Source of the DNA: Protoeuglena noctilucae
Lineage: Eukaryota
Direction of reading: 5' to 3'
DNA length: 64,000 nucleotides
Assembly (NCBI GenBank): GCA_958009085.1
Contig: OY253679.1
Location: forward strand, 310,001-374,000
The translations under genes were made by a program, and so were the position numbers. Positions within the stretch are counted from its first letter, which is position 1. Each line of letters opens with the position of its first letter. The notes beneath the pieces are model-generated. The model did no database searches and was not told the DNA's origin. It saw only the letters and a list, made by a program, of their open reading frames with translations. Of this stretch, positions 25,301-38,748 are shown in pieces.

Positions 25301-27930
25301 TTTGCCGAGGCCAATTGTGGACGATTACGTGGTCATGCGGCAGAGGGAGGCGCGGGACGCGGCGAGGAGCGGGGGGGCGGTGGCCGAGGCCGTGGCTCTG
25401 GTGAGGGGGCGGTGGGTGGTGGTGGTGGGGGTGGGGGGTCGTGAAGGGGTGGTCTGGGGTGCCTGGGATGGGGCGGTGACTGATAAGGGATGGAAGGGGG
25501 GGGGGGGGGGGGGGGTTGAAAAGATTTGGTGACGGTGGGTCATGGGAGATGCACTGCAGACTGATGCCGTTTCCTCCCCTTCCCTTCCATATCGCATATC
25601 ACATCCCTCACTCCCCCTCTCCCCACCCACCCCAAGTCCCAGCGCGACCCCTTCCACCTCTCATACCTCACATCCCCTCCCCTCTCACAACACATCTCAC
25701 ATCCCCCTCTCTCTTACCCCACTCCCTTACCCCCACCCCCGGGCCCAACGCTACCCTTCCCTCCCCTTTTAAAACTCACATCTCACCCCCTGCCCCTGTC
25801 TCCCCCACCCACCCCCAGGCCCAGCGCGACCCACCCTTTCCCTCTCATATTCAAATTTCCTGACCCCCTGTCTCCCACCCAGGCCCAGCGCGACCCCTCC
25901 CACGCCCCCTCACTGTACCTTCTCTACATGTCGCATCACATCTCATATTCCCCACTCCCCCTTCCCTCTCATATTCAAATTTCCCGACCCCCCTGTCCCC
26001 TTACCCCCACCCCCAGGCCCAGCGGGACCCCTCCCACGCCGCCGCCATCCAGTTCGGCGTCACCTATGTCTCCGACCTGAAGCCCCAGGGCGGTCTGCCC
26101 TACCAGTGCTCCCCTCACGTTTCCTACACCTTCCCGGGTCTGCCTTCTGGGGACATGTTTAGTGATGTGGGGAGGGGGGTCAACACGAGGCTGGATGACG
26201 TGCAGGCGAGGGGTGGGGTGGGGATGTGGGAGTGAGTGAGTGTGGGAGGGATGCATGTGAGTTGAGAGGCGTGCATGCGAGGGGATGGGGAGGGGGCTGG
26301 GAGTGAATGGGTGTGGGAGTGAGTGCGTGTGAATTGAGGGAGGTGCAGGCGAGAGGGGGAGGGGTTGGTGTGCGGTGGCTGCTTGGTGCATTATTTGATC
26401 CAGGGACATATAGAATACGTCAATTTTGTGTGTCAATAACAACCCCTCTCCACCACCCCATCCCTGTGCCTCAGGAGGTGGTGTTGGTTCGGACAGCGGG
26501 GGTTGATCAAATGCTGGCATCCACGCCTCTCATGGTGGACGTGTTTGACGACAGCCAGGCGAGTGATGAGTGACGGCTGCATGGGGAAGTGGACACATGC
26601 AATGGGCACGCGCAATATGACATAGTAATAAAAATAAAAAGTACTATATATCACGTCATATCCCTCTCCCTCGTCACCACCCCAGGAGGGCCCCGCGGGC
26701 GTCCTGGGCCGGGCCCAGGTGTCTCTGGCGGACCTGACGCAGGGCATACCCGTGGACGGCAGATTCCCGGTCATGCACCCGCGCACCCGGCAGGTGTGCG
26801 GCACGGTGCACGTGTTCGCGAGATGGACGGACCCCCTTGCACCGGCAGCACAGGCGACGGGAGCGACTGCGGTGGGGGCGGGTGCAACAGGGGGGGTGGC
26901 GGCGGGGTTGGCAGTGGGCGGGTCGCCTCTGATGGGTGCCGTGACGAGCATGGGCGACGCGGCGGCCGTCAGGTGAGCGAGCGGTGGGGTGGGGGTGGGA
27001 GTAGGGGTGGGTGGAGTGCGGGGTACATGGGGTTGTCACGTCATCCATATCATGTTATCAATCCTAGTTATACCATCGCAGCACCATAAATTAATGTACT
27101 ATCATCCAATATCGTGCAGGATGGTGACCCAGGACCCCTGGGTGCTCCAGACCTCGGGGCGGCCCCGGTACCCCGACGACGGCCGGCCACGCGACCCGGT
27201 CTTCTTGCTCGGCCCTCACCCGGCCGACTGGCCCAACGACGACGCCACTCTAGTCATATGCGTCGACAGGGTGGAGCTGGGGGCGGAGCTGGCGCGGAGC
27301 GACCGGGCGCGGGCGGTGGCGGTGACGGTGGGGTTTTTGGAGGAAGGGATGGGAAGGGATCAGGCTGCGAGATTCCACGTGTCGCCTGCGAGGGAGAGGG
27401 AGGGCGCGATGGTGGCAATCGGGCACGCGGTGGGGTACGCGCTGGCGGGGGGCGGGGCGGGGGTGCGGGCGCTGCGAGGGGCGCTGCGGGAGCGGATGCG
27501 GGAGGGTGGCGGGCGCATGGATGTGACGTTCCGGCTGCTGGGGGTGCGGGGGGCGGGGGAGGGGGACGAGGAGCTGGCGTGGTGCAAGGGTGAGCGGGGG
27601 CAGGGGTGGGGGCAGGTGGGTGGGGTAAGTGGGGAGGGTGCGGATGAGGTTGGCGGTATTGAAATAGCCAGATGTGTTGTGGTCACTGCATCCTGTAGCG
27701 CTGCACCCATGGTTGCACCCAAGGGCCCACTTCAGCACTCTTACATGCACACAACATGCATACCCCTCTTCCCTTGCAACGCAGCGAGTCTCCAGGACCT
27801 GCTGGACGGGAAGACGGACGTCTCACGTCGCGTGGCGATGGCGGGGGCGTCGGGGTACTCGGTGGCTACCCTGGGATTGACCATGCGTGGGTGGAAAGCC
27901 CTCGATGCCCTCGCGAAGAGCCGCGATTGA
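19400..27930 (+). CDS. RPGRIP1L/Fantom-like ciliary transition-zone protein: coiled coils, EF-hand insert, C2 domains (about 17 exons)
   Basis: N-terminal VDDLRDRVLHLMQAERSMKREL, long coiled coils, LADNENVLEME|IAEA..TFVAVDFYRHATVVS..GSNPRYGSTLQFIV (C2-C2_1 type), second C2 (LMVDVFDD..LGRAQVSLADL..VDGRFPV..GTVHVFARW), C-terminal C2-like domain. Exons read through in frame. Confidence 0.75.
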
Positions 27931-28285
27931 GTTTCTTAAACGACGGAAAGCGCCCGATTGCGCGGGCGGGGCGGCGTAGGAAGCAGTGCGGCGACGCTGA
28001 TATCTGTGAAAGATTGAAAGCGGAAGTGACCGGTCAAGCTGACTCACCCTGGCAGAGAACTGGCGTGCGTCAGAGCTTGCTCGCTTAGGTTCGTGCCTTT
28101 CAAACCGTCGCAAAAGCATTTCCGTGCGTACTTCTGCGTCGACTGCGCGCAAATCGGTGCAATCGGTGCAGCCGGCATAGTGAAACAGCAAACGCAAAGC
28201 CAGGCGTCTTTTCGACCTGACTGCGGGCTTTTAGCCGACCCTAGCCACAAGCCCTAGCTACTGAGTCGTAAAGCTATCGGCTGAA

Positions 28286-29499
28286 ATGACGGGCCCGCAC
28301 CGGCGGGCCCCGCGGCCGCTGCTCTGGGCGGTGGCGTGCGTGGTCGCAACGCTGCTCCTCGCGGCGCGCGGCGCGCTGGCCGCCTCCTACGCCCCCGGCT
28401 CCGTCGTCCCGACTTCGTGGCGCGGTCAATTCCAGCGCGTGCGCACCGTCGCGCAGCCGCTGCTGCACAGGCGAGCATGCGCGCTGAGCGCCGCGGATGC
28501 TGGCCCCTCCCGCGACGCCTTCGCGAGCGTGGAGCCTCCACGGGAGCGCGATCGCAACTTCTGCGCATGTTCAACATCAACAGTGGCCGGCGTTCGCACA
28601 TATCTCGTCCGCGGCGCGAGCTCGGCCCCTGTTGCGCCGCAGGCACTGTCCAGTGTTCGGCGTGGACAAGATGGTCGCCATTCCCCTGCCGAAACCGAAC
28701 GAGGTCGAACTTGGTATCGAGGATGACTACAAGCTGCAGCTGCTGGTGCGACTCGCGGCGCGCACGCGCGTGCCTTTGCTTGGCTCGCTGGTGCGCCATT
28801 GCTCTCTGATTCTTTCGACTTCCGCCCTCGCCAGGTCGACCACGAGGTCTTCCCGACTTCATGGATCCGCGTACTTGGCAAGCGCAATGCCGGGGAGGGC
28901 ATCCCGCTGGTCATCGTGACTATCGACTATGTCGGGCAGGAGGTGACACGGGTGCGCGCCACGCTCACCGAGCTCCCCGACAGGCATCACAAGGAGCATC
29001 GGGAGATTATCGAGGAATACCTGATGAGACCGGCGGCCGCGGCGTGCAACCAGAGCACAGAGGCCGTTGCATTTGGTTGGCGAAAACCAACTCGCTTTCC
29101 CACCGGGAGCGTTTCATCTTGCAATCTCAGGACCCGAAGAAGTGGCCGAAGCACGCGATCGTGTCGTACCAGTGGCGCAACGTGGCGCGGGTGGACCTGG
29201 AGGCGGGGGTGGGCGTGGCGGTGCTTCTGGGCCTCGTCGCGGCCGGGGCGGCGGGGTGGAGGTCGTTTGCGGGGTACTTGGATGATTTCCAAGAGCTTTT
29301 GGACGTCGCTGCGGGGGGCGGGCAGGCGCGGGTGCAGGGGGCGGCGGGTCCGTCGGGGCAGATGGATGCGGGGTCGTTTGCACAGGGCTTGGGCGGCGGG
29401 GTGAGCGTGATGGGGGCGGTGCAGGCGGTGGGGGCGGCGTTGAGCCCCGTGGCGGGGACGTTTGCGCCGATGCAGGCGCAGGGGATGAAGGGCGATTGA
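28286..29499 (+). CDS. Conserved uncharacterised green-lineage membrane protein (signal peptide plus C-terminal TM)
   Basis: Signal peptide, then SYAPGSVVP..RGQFQRVRT..RHCPVFGVDKMVAIPLPKP..YKLQLL|VDHEVFPTSWI..DPKKWPKHAIVSYQW..VDLEAGVGVAVLLGLV. Resembles a plant 'expressed protein' family from memory only. Confidence 0.7.
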
Positions 29500-29996
29500 T
29501 GGATGGATGGGGGCGATTGGCAGGGGGGTTGCGGGTCCCCAAGTGGGTAGCAAACAGTGGCCTGGGTGGGGCTTCATAGCTCCGAAGCGCTGACTTATTG
29601 AATATTGAAAGTAGCATTGCGTGTTTGAACAACAGCTAGACTCGAATGGTCACGCATCATCTACAGGCGCGGCTTGCCGCACAACCCCGCCATAACATGG
29701 CACACTTGCCTCAGCACAATGGAAACGGATCGTCAGCACCAGTCGCGGAGCATCGGAACGGCATGCGCAAATGATGTCACTACTCCATGCGCCCCATGTC
29801 ACGACCGTCGTCGGTGCATGGGAGCCATCGCTGGACTAAGCAGGGTCAGGCAGTCCCTGAGCAGCCCCTCTCTGTGCTCAGAACTCGAAACCCTCATACT
29901 TACCAACAGTAACTCCTTCTTAATACCCTCTCTCCTTGCTTAGAACTCAAGACCCTCAACAATTACGTACGATCACTCCTCGAGCCTTCTCCGCGC

Positions 29997-32900
29997 TCAG
30001 AACTTGAGCCCCTCGATCCCCGCGTCGCTGATGGAGTTGAAGGGCATGGTAACACCCCCGTCGTGGGCGCTCGCGAGGGACTCCCCGAGGAACGCCGCCA
30101 GCATGTGGAACACCAGGGTCCAGTAGGGCCCCAGGAACACCATGCAGGTGGCCGACGCGGCACCTAGGCCGGCGAGCATCGCGTCAGATGCCTGGGGCGA
30201 GGTGCCGTTGCTCAGGAAGACCAGCGCCAGCACCGCCAGGACAGCCACGTACAGCGCGGTGGCGTTGGCGGGGGCGAGGAACACGAGCGCGAGGCGGGAG
30301 GCGATCAGCACAGCCGCGAAGGCGCAGGAGTGGAAGAAGTGGACGTGCTCGAATTTGGTGGCGAAGGCACCGAGGATGGCGGTCCAGGCCAGGAGGGCGG
30401 GGATGGCGAAGGCGGGGTAGGGGGCGAGGAAGTAGGCGGCGGCGGCGCCGAGGACCGCCATGGCGAAGGTCACGTTCAGGGCGTCGCGGGTGTAGGGGGT
30501 CACCTGGGGTGGGGGTGGCAGTGAGGGTGAGAATGAGGGTGGCAGTCGGGGTGGCAGTGAGGGTGCTGGTGAGAGTAGCAGTGGCTCGCTTGCTCGCCTG
30601 GGAGAGGAGGTGGCGGATGGTGGTGGCCTGGATGGACCGGTTGTCGCTGTCGAGGGCGGCGCGGGCGTGCATGACCACGCCCGAGTCCCGCATCCTTGCC
30701 AGCATGTCCTGGTGGACGCGGAGGCCCTGGGATCCCAGAAGGATCATCTGCGGGGGGGATCGAAGGGGCGACGCGTGGGAGGAGGGACGCAACGCAACAC
30801 GCGAGCGGGTCAGCGATGTCGGGGTGGGTGCGGAGACGAGTCTCTTGGCACATCCATGGTACACCAAAAACACCGCCATCGTGGTAGTGATTATCTCGGC
30901 GCACATGCAAGCACACGAACCCTGTCGTGGCAACACCAACGACCACCCCCCAGGATAGCATCGAACCCATCCCGCCAACCCTCCTCGCCTGCAGCGCCTT
31001 GGCGCACATCTCGGCGATCACAAAGTCCTTGTTGCGGAGATTCCACGCGAGCGCCGCCACGGCCCCGGCGCGCACCGCGAGCACCTGCCCCTCGGGGGAG
31101 GTGCACGCCAGCTGCACGAACTGCGCCGCCACCCGCCGCGCCGCCGCTGAGTCGGTCCCCTCGGACCCCATGACGTCATCCGTGGTCAGGTCGTCGGGGA
31201 TGCCCTCCGCGTCCGTCTTCTTGGGGTGCGCGCCGGAAGCGGGCGCGGGAGCGGGGGCGGGGGCGTCGGCAGACGTGGATGCGTTGGCGGTGGTGGAGGT
31301 GTCACGGGCCGCGCGGCGCTGGGCCGCCTCGGCCGCGCGCTCCTCGTCGCCGTGCTCGATCGTGTCGTCGCTGCGGGGGCACAAGAGGCGGGCCGTGGGC
31401 AGGTGGCACAGTAAGAGGGCAGCTAAACGACCGTGTCGGCCACTTGGGGGTGGGCCCCTGGTTTGCATATGATGCGCACAGTAAGTAAGACCCTCCGCTG
31501 CAGCTCTCGGGCCCCTCGCATAGTATCTGTGTCACACTTGCTCCCCCTTTTAAGGTAACCTCCTCACCTGCTGGCGCTGCTGGGGCGTTCGCGGTGCCTC
31601 CTCCGCAGCCCGCCCTCGGCCCGCCTGCGCTCCCGCTGCGCCTCGTCCGCCTCGATCTCCCGCACCGCAGCCGCCACCTCGTCCTCCCCCGCCGCGCCCG
31701 GCGCCGGCGCGACCTCAGGCGTCGCTTCGGCGGCCGCCTGGGCCCCCGGCACGCGCCCCTCGGCCTTCTTGCGCGGGGCCAGGAACTCGGCCACGCCGGG
31801 GAGGCCCCGGAGGTCCGAGCAGAGCTCCATGCCGGCGCCGAGGACGCGCACGACGGGCCGCACGAGGCCCTGGGCGAGCACGCGGCGGTGGCCGGCCGGG
31901 GAGTGGCCCATGAGCGTCGACAGCCCCTCCACCGCGGCCAGCACCACCTCCCGGGGCCCGGTGCGCACGGCACGCGCGAGGATCTCGACGACGTCCGATT
32001 TGAGCACCTTCTCGTGCGACTTGGGCCCCTGGAACACGGCCCCCATGGCACGCACGGCCGCTGCGGCCGACGCCGGGTCGGACCGCATCTGGTCCGACAG
32101 GATGCGCTGCAGGTGCGCGAGGACGCCGGAATCGTAGAGCGCGTCGGACCCCGCGCCGAGGAAGCCCAGGCAGTCGACGAGCTCCAGCGTGTCGCGGCGC
32201 AGCGCCTCCAGGTCGCAATTGACCAGCGTCGCTGCGGGCGCGGAATCGAAACATGCATCATCAAATATGGAATCACAGCATATCGACTGCCCAGCGACCG
32301 CGAGAGAGCGTTGCTGCCCGGGGGACTCTAAGCGAGTCGAGAGCGCAGGTGCGCAGGAGCGAGCAACCAAGCATTGTAGAGGCGGCCGGCGCGTCGCCGC
32401 CCCGCCCCGCCACTGGTACCACGCACCGGTGATGGCGCGCAGGATGGCTCCGTTCTCCGCGAACTTCTCGATGGTCGCGGGGTCCATCATGCACATGTGG
32501 CGCGCGCAGGCGAGGGCGAGGGCGAGGAGCTCGGCGTCTTTCTTCGCGAAGGTGCGGCTGCGGAGGAAGCGCACGGGCTCCCGCACCTGCCAGTCCTCCT
32601 GCAAGCGAGGAGAGGGGAGCGGGCGTGTCACGAGGGTGCCAGTCCTTATGAGGGTGTGCAGCGGGGCACATATGTGCAAGGGTGGACGTGCAATTATCCA
32701 CCATAAGCGTCGTCCGTAACAACTGAGCAGTGTACACCCCATCCCAAGCGCAGCAGCCGTGCCAGGCGACTCGCCTCTGGCTCCGGGACGACCGAGTTGA
32801 TGACGTTGGACACGCCCGCGACGGCCCCAGCCTCAATGAGGCGGCCCTTGATGCCCCGGTGGCTCAGGAAGAGGGCGATGGTGCGCAGGGCCACGGCCTT

Positions 32901-33961
32901 GATGCGGATGTCCACGTCCAGCAGTGAGACGGCCAGGGCCCTAATCACCGACGTACCCCTGCAGAGGCGGTCAGCGAGAGAAGCGTTGCAGATGGGCGTG
33001 GCACACAAACAACAGGGTGGGTAAGTCACAGTCCGGGTCGAAAACAACAGAAAGCACAGCGAGTCGTTGCGTTCGAGTGCCGAGCAAAGGGTTCCCAGCT
33101 GCTCACTCGATGTGGAGGGCCGGGTTCTTCGCCTTGCGGAGGATGTTGGCCACGGCGCGGATCGCGCGGTACTTGGTGTCGCTCCGCTGGCTGCAGATGA
33201 GGTCACCGAGGGGTCCCACGGCGCCGGCCTCTGCAGCGCGGAGCGGAGAAGAGGCAAGGTGACGGAAGCACCCCGCGCGCGAGGGACGGCTCCCGCCCGC
33301 GCCGCGCGCCCAGACATCGGTCCGTTTTCGCCGAATTTACGCACCTAACAGCCTGGTGGCGACGTCCGGGAAGAGCTCCGCGACGTTGCACACCATCATG
33401 ACGTAGTTCTCCTTGTCAGCCTCCTTCATCTTCGGGAGCTTGGCAAGGTATCCCCGCATCTCCTCGACCGTCGTTCCGATGTTCACCATCTCACAGGGCT
33501 TCTCCGGGTGGTCCTGCGGGGCGGGGCGCGCGCGGGCGCGTTGGCCAAGGCGCAACATGCGTGGGCCCGCCGCGCGGGGGTCGGGGCGCCATCCCGCGTC
33601 GCGGGAGCCGCGTCGGCGTGTCTCTCACCCCCTCAGCCTGGCTGTCGTCCTGCGGGGCGGCCTCGCCCGCGCCGCTGGCGGCGCCAAAGCCCATCGGGCA
33701 CGCCCCGCCCGACCCCGCGCCGGCGACCGGGCTCGCGGCATTGTCATGGGAGCAGCTGCACGAGGCCTCCTGCTTGGCCCCGAAACCGAAGGGGCATCCG
33801 CCGGAGGACGCGACCGGGACGTCCTCGACCTCCTCCTCCAACTGCCCGGGCTCGTCCTCCACGCCCAGGTACTGGTCGTCGAACGCCATGTCCTTGGGCG
33901 GGAGCTGAGGTCCCCCTTCCCCGCTCTCAGGGGCCGTGAACCCGAACGGACACTTCCCCAT
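29997..33961 (-). CDS. Armadillo-repeat protein with N-terminal CP-motif region and C-terminal multipass membrane domain
   Basis: ATG at 33961 (MGKCPFGF); ARM-like helices (VIRALAVSLLDVDIRIKAVALRTIALF..LIEAGAVAGV; VLAQGLVRPVVRVL; AVRAGAVAALAWNL); last exon 29997-30503 has 5-6 hydrophobic segments. Confidence 0.7.
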
Positions 33962-34175
33962 CTTCGGTCAAAGCTGCGGGGCGAGGAGCACTGGGCGTCG
34001 CCTGTGCGCTGGTGCGCGACGCGAGCGACCGGCCTTCCACGCGCCGAGAGGGAGAAAGATGCGACGAATCTATGGCAGAAGCGGGAGGCCATCGCGATGA
34101 CGCGGTCGTCGCGGGCTACCTCTAACGCTGCCCGCGGGTCGGTCAACGATCCCCGCAAGGCTGCCATGCGGCGTT

Positions 34176-34188
34176 ATTTTATATATAG
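34176..34188 (-). promoter_or_regulatory. Possible TATA box upstream of the ARM-repeat gene
   Basis: CTATATATAAAAT on the minus strand about 215 nt upstream of the ATG at 33961, in otherwise GC-rich DNA. Confidence 0.35.
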
Positions 34189-34933
34189 GTATCGCGCCAA
34201 GCCTCCCACGCCCCGCTCTCACCTGGTTGTTGCCTTTGTAAGGTGGACTGCCAAGCAAGGGGGGTGATATCGTCGCAATCTATCAGCGTGAGGCGCCTGA
34301 TGCGGATGTCAACTCCTGATTGGCCATGAAGGAAGGATAAGGAGAGGCCGCTTAATTGGGTCCTTGCAAAGCCCCAGCCCTACCCGCAAGTAAACAGGCC
34401 AGCGCAAAGAGGGCCAGGAGTCGGCTGAAACGTGGGGAGCATCACGGAGCTGCCAGGTGCAGGTGGAGGGGGACTGGAAGACGATATGTCACACGACTTG
34501 GGCCGAGCAGCAGGGCACTGCGAGGGACGTGCTGTGATGTTCGAGGAGGCACCGAAGGACAAGACCATCCACCTCATGAGGAAGGGTCTTGGGAGGGCAT
34601 GAGGACGGGGATGGTGGTCCCAGAGATTCCTTTGAAATCTCTGGCCTAGCTGACTGCGCTGCAGGACCTGTCGTGCACGACCGACGTATCGCCCAGCGCC
34701 AGTTGGGGAACACCTTGTCTGACATACCGCTCAGGCTAGACCGCGACCCAAGAGATGACAAGGAAGGGCCGCAGAACGTGGCAAACCCACATCGTCAGGC
34801 CCAGCGGGCTTGCGACTAGCGGGGCTATGGACGGGCGGGCACAGCTGCCCTTTGCCACGTCCAGTAAACACATGGATGAACCGTCCGTCGGTCTTCCGCG
34901 CCCGAAGTCTGGCAACACACGATCGCCTCAGCC

Positions 34934-36400
34934 TCAGTTCAGGGCCGCGCCCTTGTCGTCCGCCACCTCCGCCTCGTAAAGCTTCGCAGCCGCCTCCCCG
35001 TACGTCTCCCCGGGGGCAGGCCCCGGCGGGACGTCCTGCACGCACGTTGGCGCCCGTCGCATGACTCTCTGTGGCAGCATTGTCCTGGCATACACACCTT
35101 GCTTGTCGCTCCAACTGCGTAGCTGCTCGTCGCGTCGCCCCCCCCGCTCGCCTTGGTGAGGATGAACACGGACCCCCGCGGGCCCCGGGAGATGCGCAGG
35201 TTGTCGTCCAGGTACGTGGTGATAAGCCACGTCTGGGCCTGGTCGCCCTGGATGGGCAGGGACGCCTCCTTCGGCAGCTGCTTGAAAAGCTCCTGTGCGA
35301 GCGACAGCCCCTGCTGCGCCACGCCCTTCAGCGGCTCCAGGACGGGCTGAATCGGCTGCAGGTCCACGCGCTGGCCCATGATGGAGAGCTCCCCGGGGAT
35401 GTCCACGTTGTCGAGCAGCTGCAGGGTCGCGATTGAGCCCTGGTTAAACTTGACCTGGAGGCGCTTGGGCGACCGGACCTCGAGGTTGGCCGACGTCGAC
35501 ACGGACGTCTTGGACAGAGGCACCGAGATGTCGACCTGCGGGGCGCGACGGCGGCGGGGGGGTCGCGGAAAGTATCTGCCAAAGCGTCTGCACAGGCTTG
35601 CAAACTGGCCAAACTTGCCTTGTTCTGGACCTTCATGCTCCGCGTGTCGATGGTCTGCGAGATGTCGCCGATCTCCACGCCCGGGAGCCGCGACAGCGCG
35701 AGCACCGCGATGAGCTCGCTCCCCGACGTGTAGGCCAGCTTCCACGTCCCGCTCAGCTTATCGGCGTCCTCCGTGGGCGAGGTCGTCGGGTTGCATGCCT
35801 CCAGCTGTGTGATCAGCTCGTCAATCTCCGCGCGCACCTGCGGGGCCGGAAGGTGGGTCGTCGCGGCGGGGCGGGGCCGTGCGCATGGGAACAGCCAGCT
35901 GACGACGGCGCCGGGGGCGCGCTCCTGCGATGCGGGCGCGCGTGCGAGCCCCTGCGTCCAAGTCACGCAGCTCGGCCGCGGGACCGGCCAGGGCGCGCGC
36001 CGCCTCGACGCGGGAGGGGCCCCACAGTTCAAGAGGCGCCTGCTGCAGGTCGTTGCGGAACGCAGCCCCGGCGAAGGACTGGACCCCGCAGCACGCGCCC
36101 CCGCGACTTGCGCGTGGGACCGTCCTCGCAGCAGTCGCGCGGCGATCGCGGGCGCGAGGAGGGCCTGGCAAGGACCAACGGGAGCCCCACCTCGCTGCGG
36201 GCCGTGAGGCCGCGATCTGTGCCGTACAACGAGTCGAGCAGGGCCGCCTTGACATCCTCCGCGCTCATTTGGTACCCGCTGGCGAACTCGGCCGTCGCCC
36301 GCACCCGCCAGGCCTGGCGACGGGCACCCGCCGCGCGGGTGGGTGCACGGGCCGTCGCCACCGACGACGACGGCCCGGCCTTGGCCAGGGAGCGTAGCAT
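34934..36400 (-). CDS. Plastid lipid-associated protein / fibrillin (PAP_fibrillin), 4 exons
   Basis: Transit peptide, KAALLDSLYGTDRGLTARSE|VRAEIDELITQLEACNPT..LSGTWKLAYT, EVRSPKRLQVKF, WLITTYLDDNLRISRG. Confidence 0.93.
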
Positions 36401-36951
36401 GGGTGTCCGGGACGACCGACGCCAGCCGCACGGCGAGGTGGAACCGAGAACTCGCTATGGAAGGGGATATAGCTCGTGCAATATGGTCCGCATGCGGATT
36501 CGCGCCCGATTTCGACGGAACGGATGCTCGGATGCTGGGATGTGCGCCCACCGGTCGTTTCGGGGGCTAGCCCAGGGTAAACCCGACCCGCCGAGACTCT
36601 TGCCGCTGCCACGCGACGCCCGGCTTATGACTGGTGCAAAAATCTACGTCGTGCGCGCCCCTGTACTCGGCTCCACAACCTCGCAAGCGTAAGAGGCCGC
36701 GCCCACGCGCCGAGCCGCGCATCCTTTTGTTTTGCGTCGAAGGACAGTTACGAGGGCTCGTCGGCTCCGAGGCGGACCGAGGTCGAGAGAACAGGGCCCT
36801 GACGGGTGAGAGCGCCGAGCCGCGGAGCTGGAGTCCCGAGGGCGCCAGCGTAGGGTGGAGGCGTGTCACGGCCGCGCGGGAATGCTCGCGGGCTGACGAC
36901 GGCGGCCCAGGGCGTCCCCGAGGCAGGGGTAGGGAACGCGCCTGTGCCTGA

Positions 36952-38499
<1,548 letters not shown>

Positions 38500-38748
38500 G
38501 GCCTCCTTGGGTCGCTTGCGCCTCCTTGCTGCGACGTGCACTGAATCCACACTCACTTCCCTGCTCGCGGGGCCTTGCTTGAAAACGCACCTTTGTTGAA
38601 TGTTTCGCTCGGTTGGCCGCGCGCTCAGCTGCAACGGATGCAGGGACATGAGACCTGCAGCACGCAGGATGCGTCTTTGCGAGCCACATCGAAAGCGTGG
38701 CCCGTCATTTGGTCTCCCTTCGTCCTCGTCTCTAAACGCGTGTCCGCG

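Noticed and set aside
34260..34930. Intergenic stretch as a hidden gene or element
   Set aside because: No convincing ORF, splice pattern or terminal repeats; probably fibrillin 3' UTR plus promoter.
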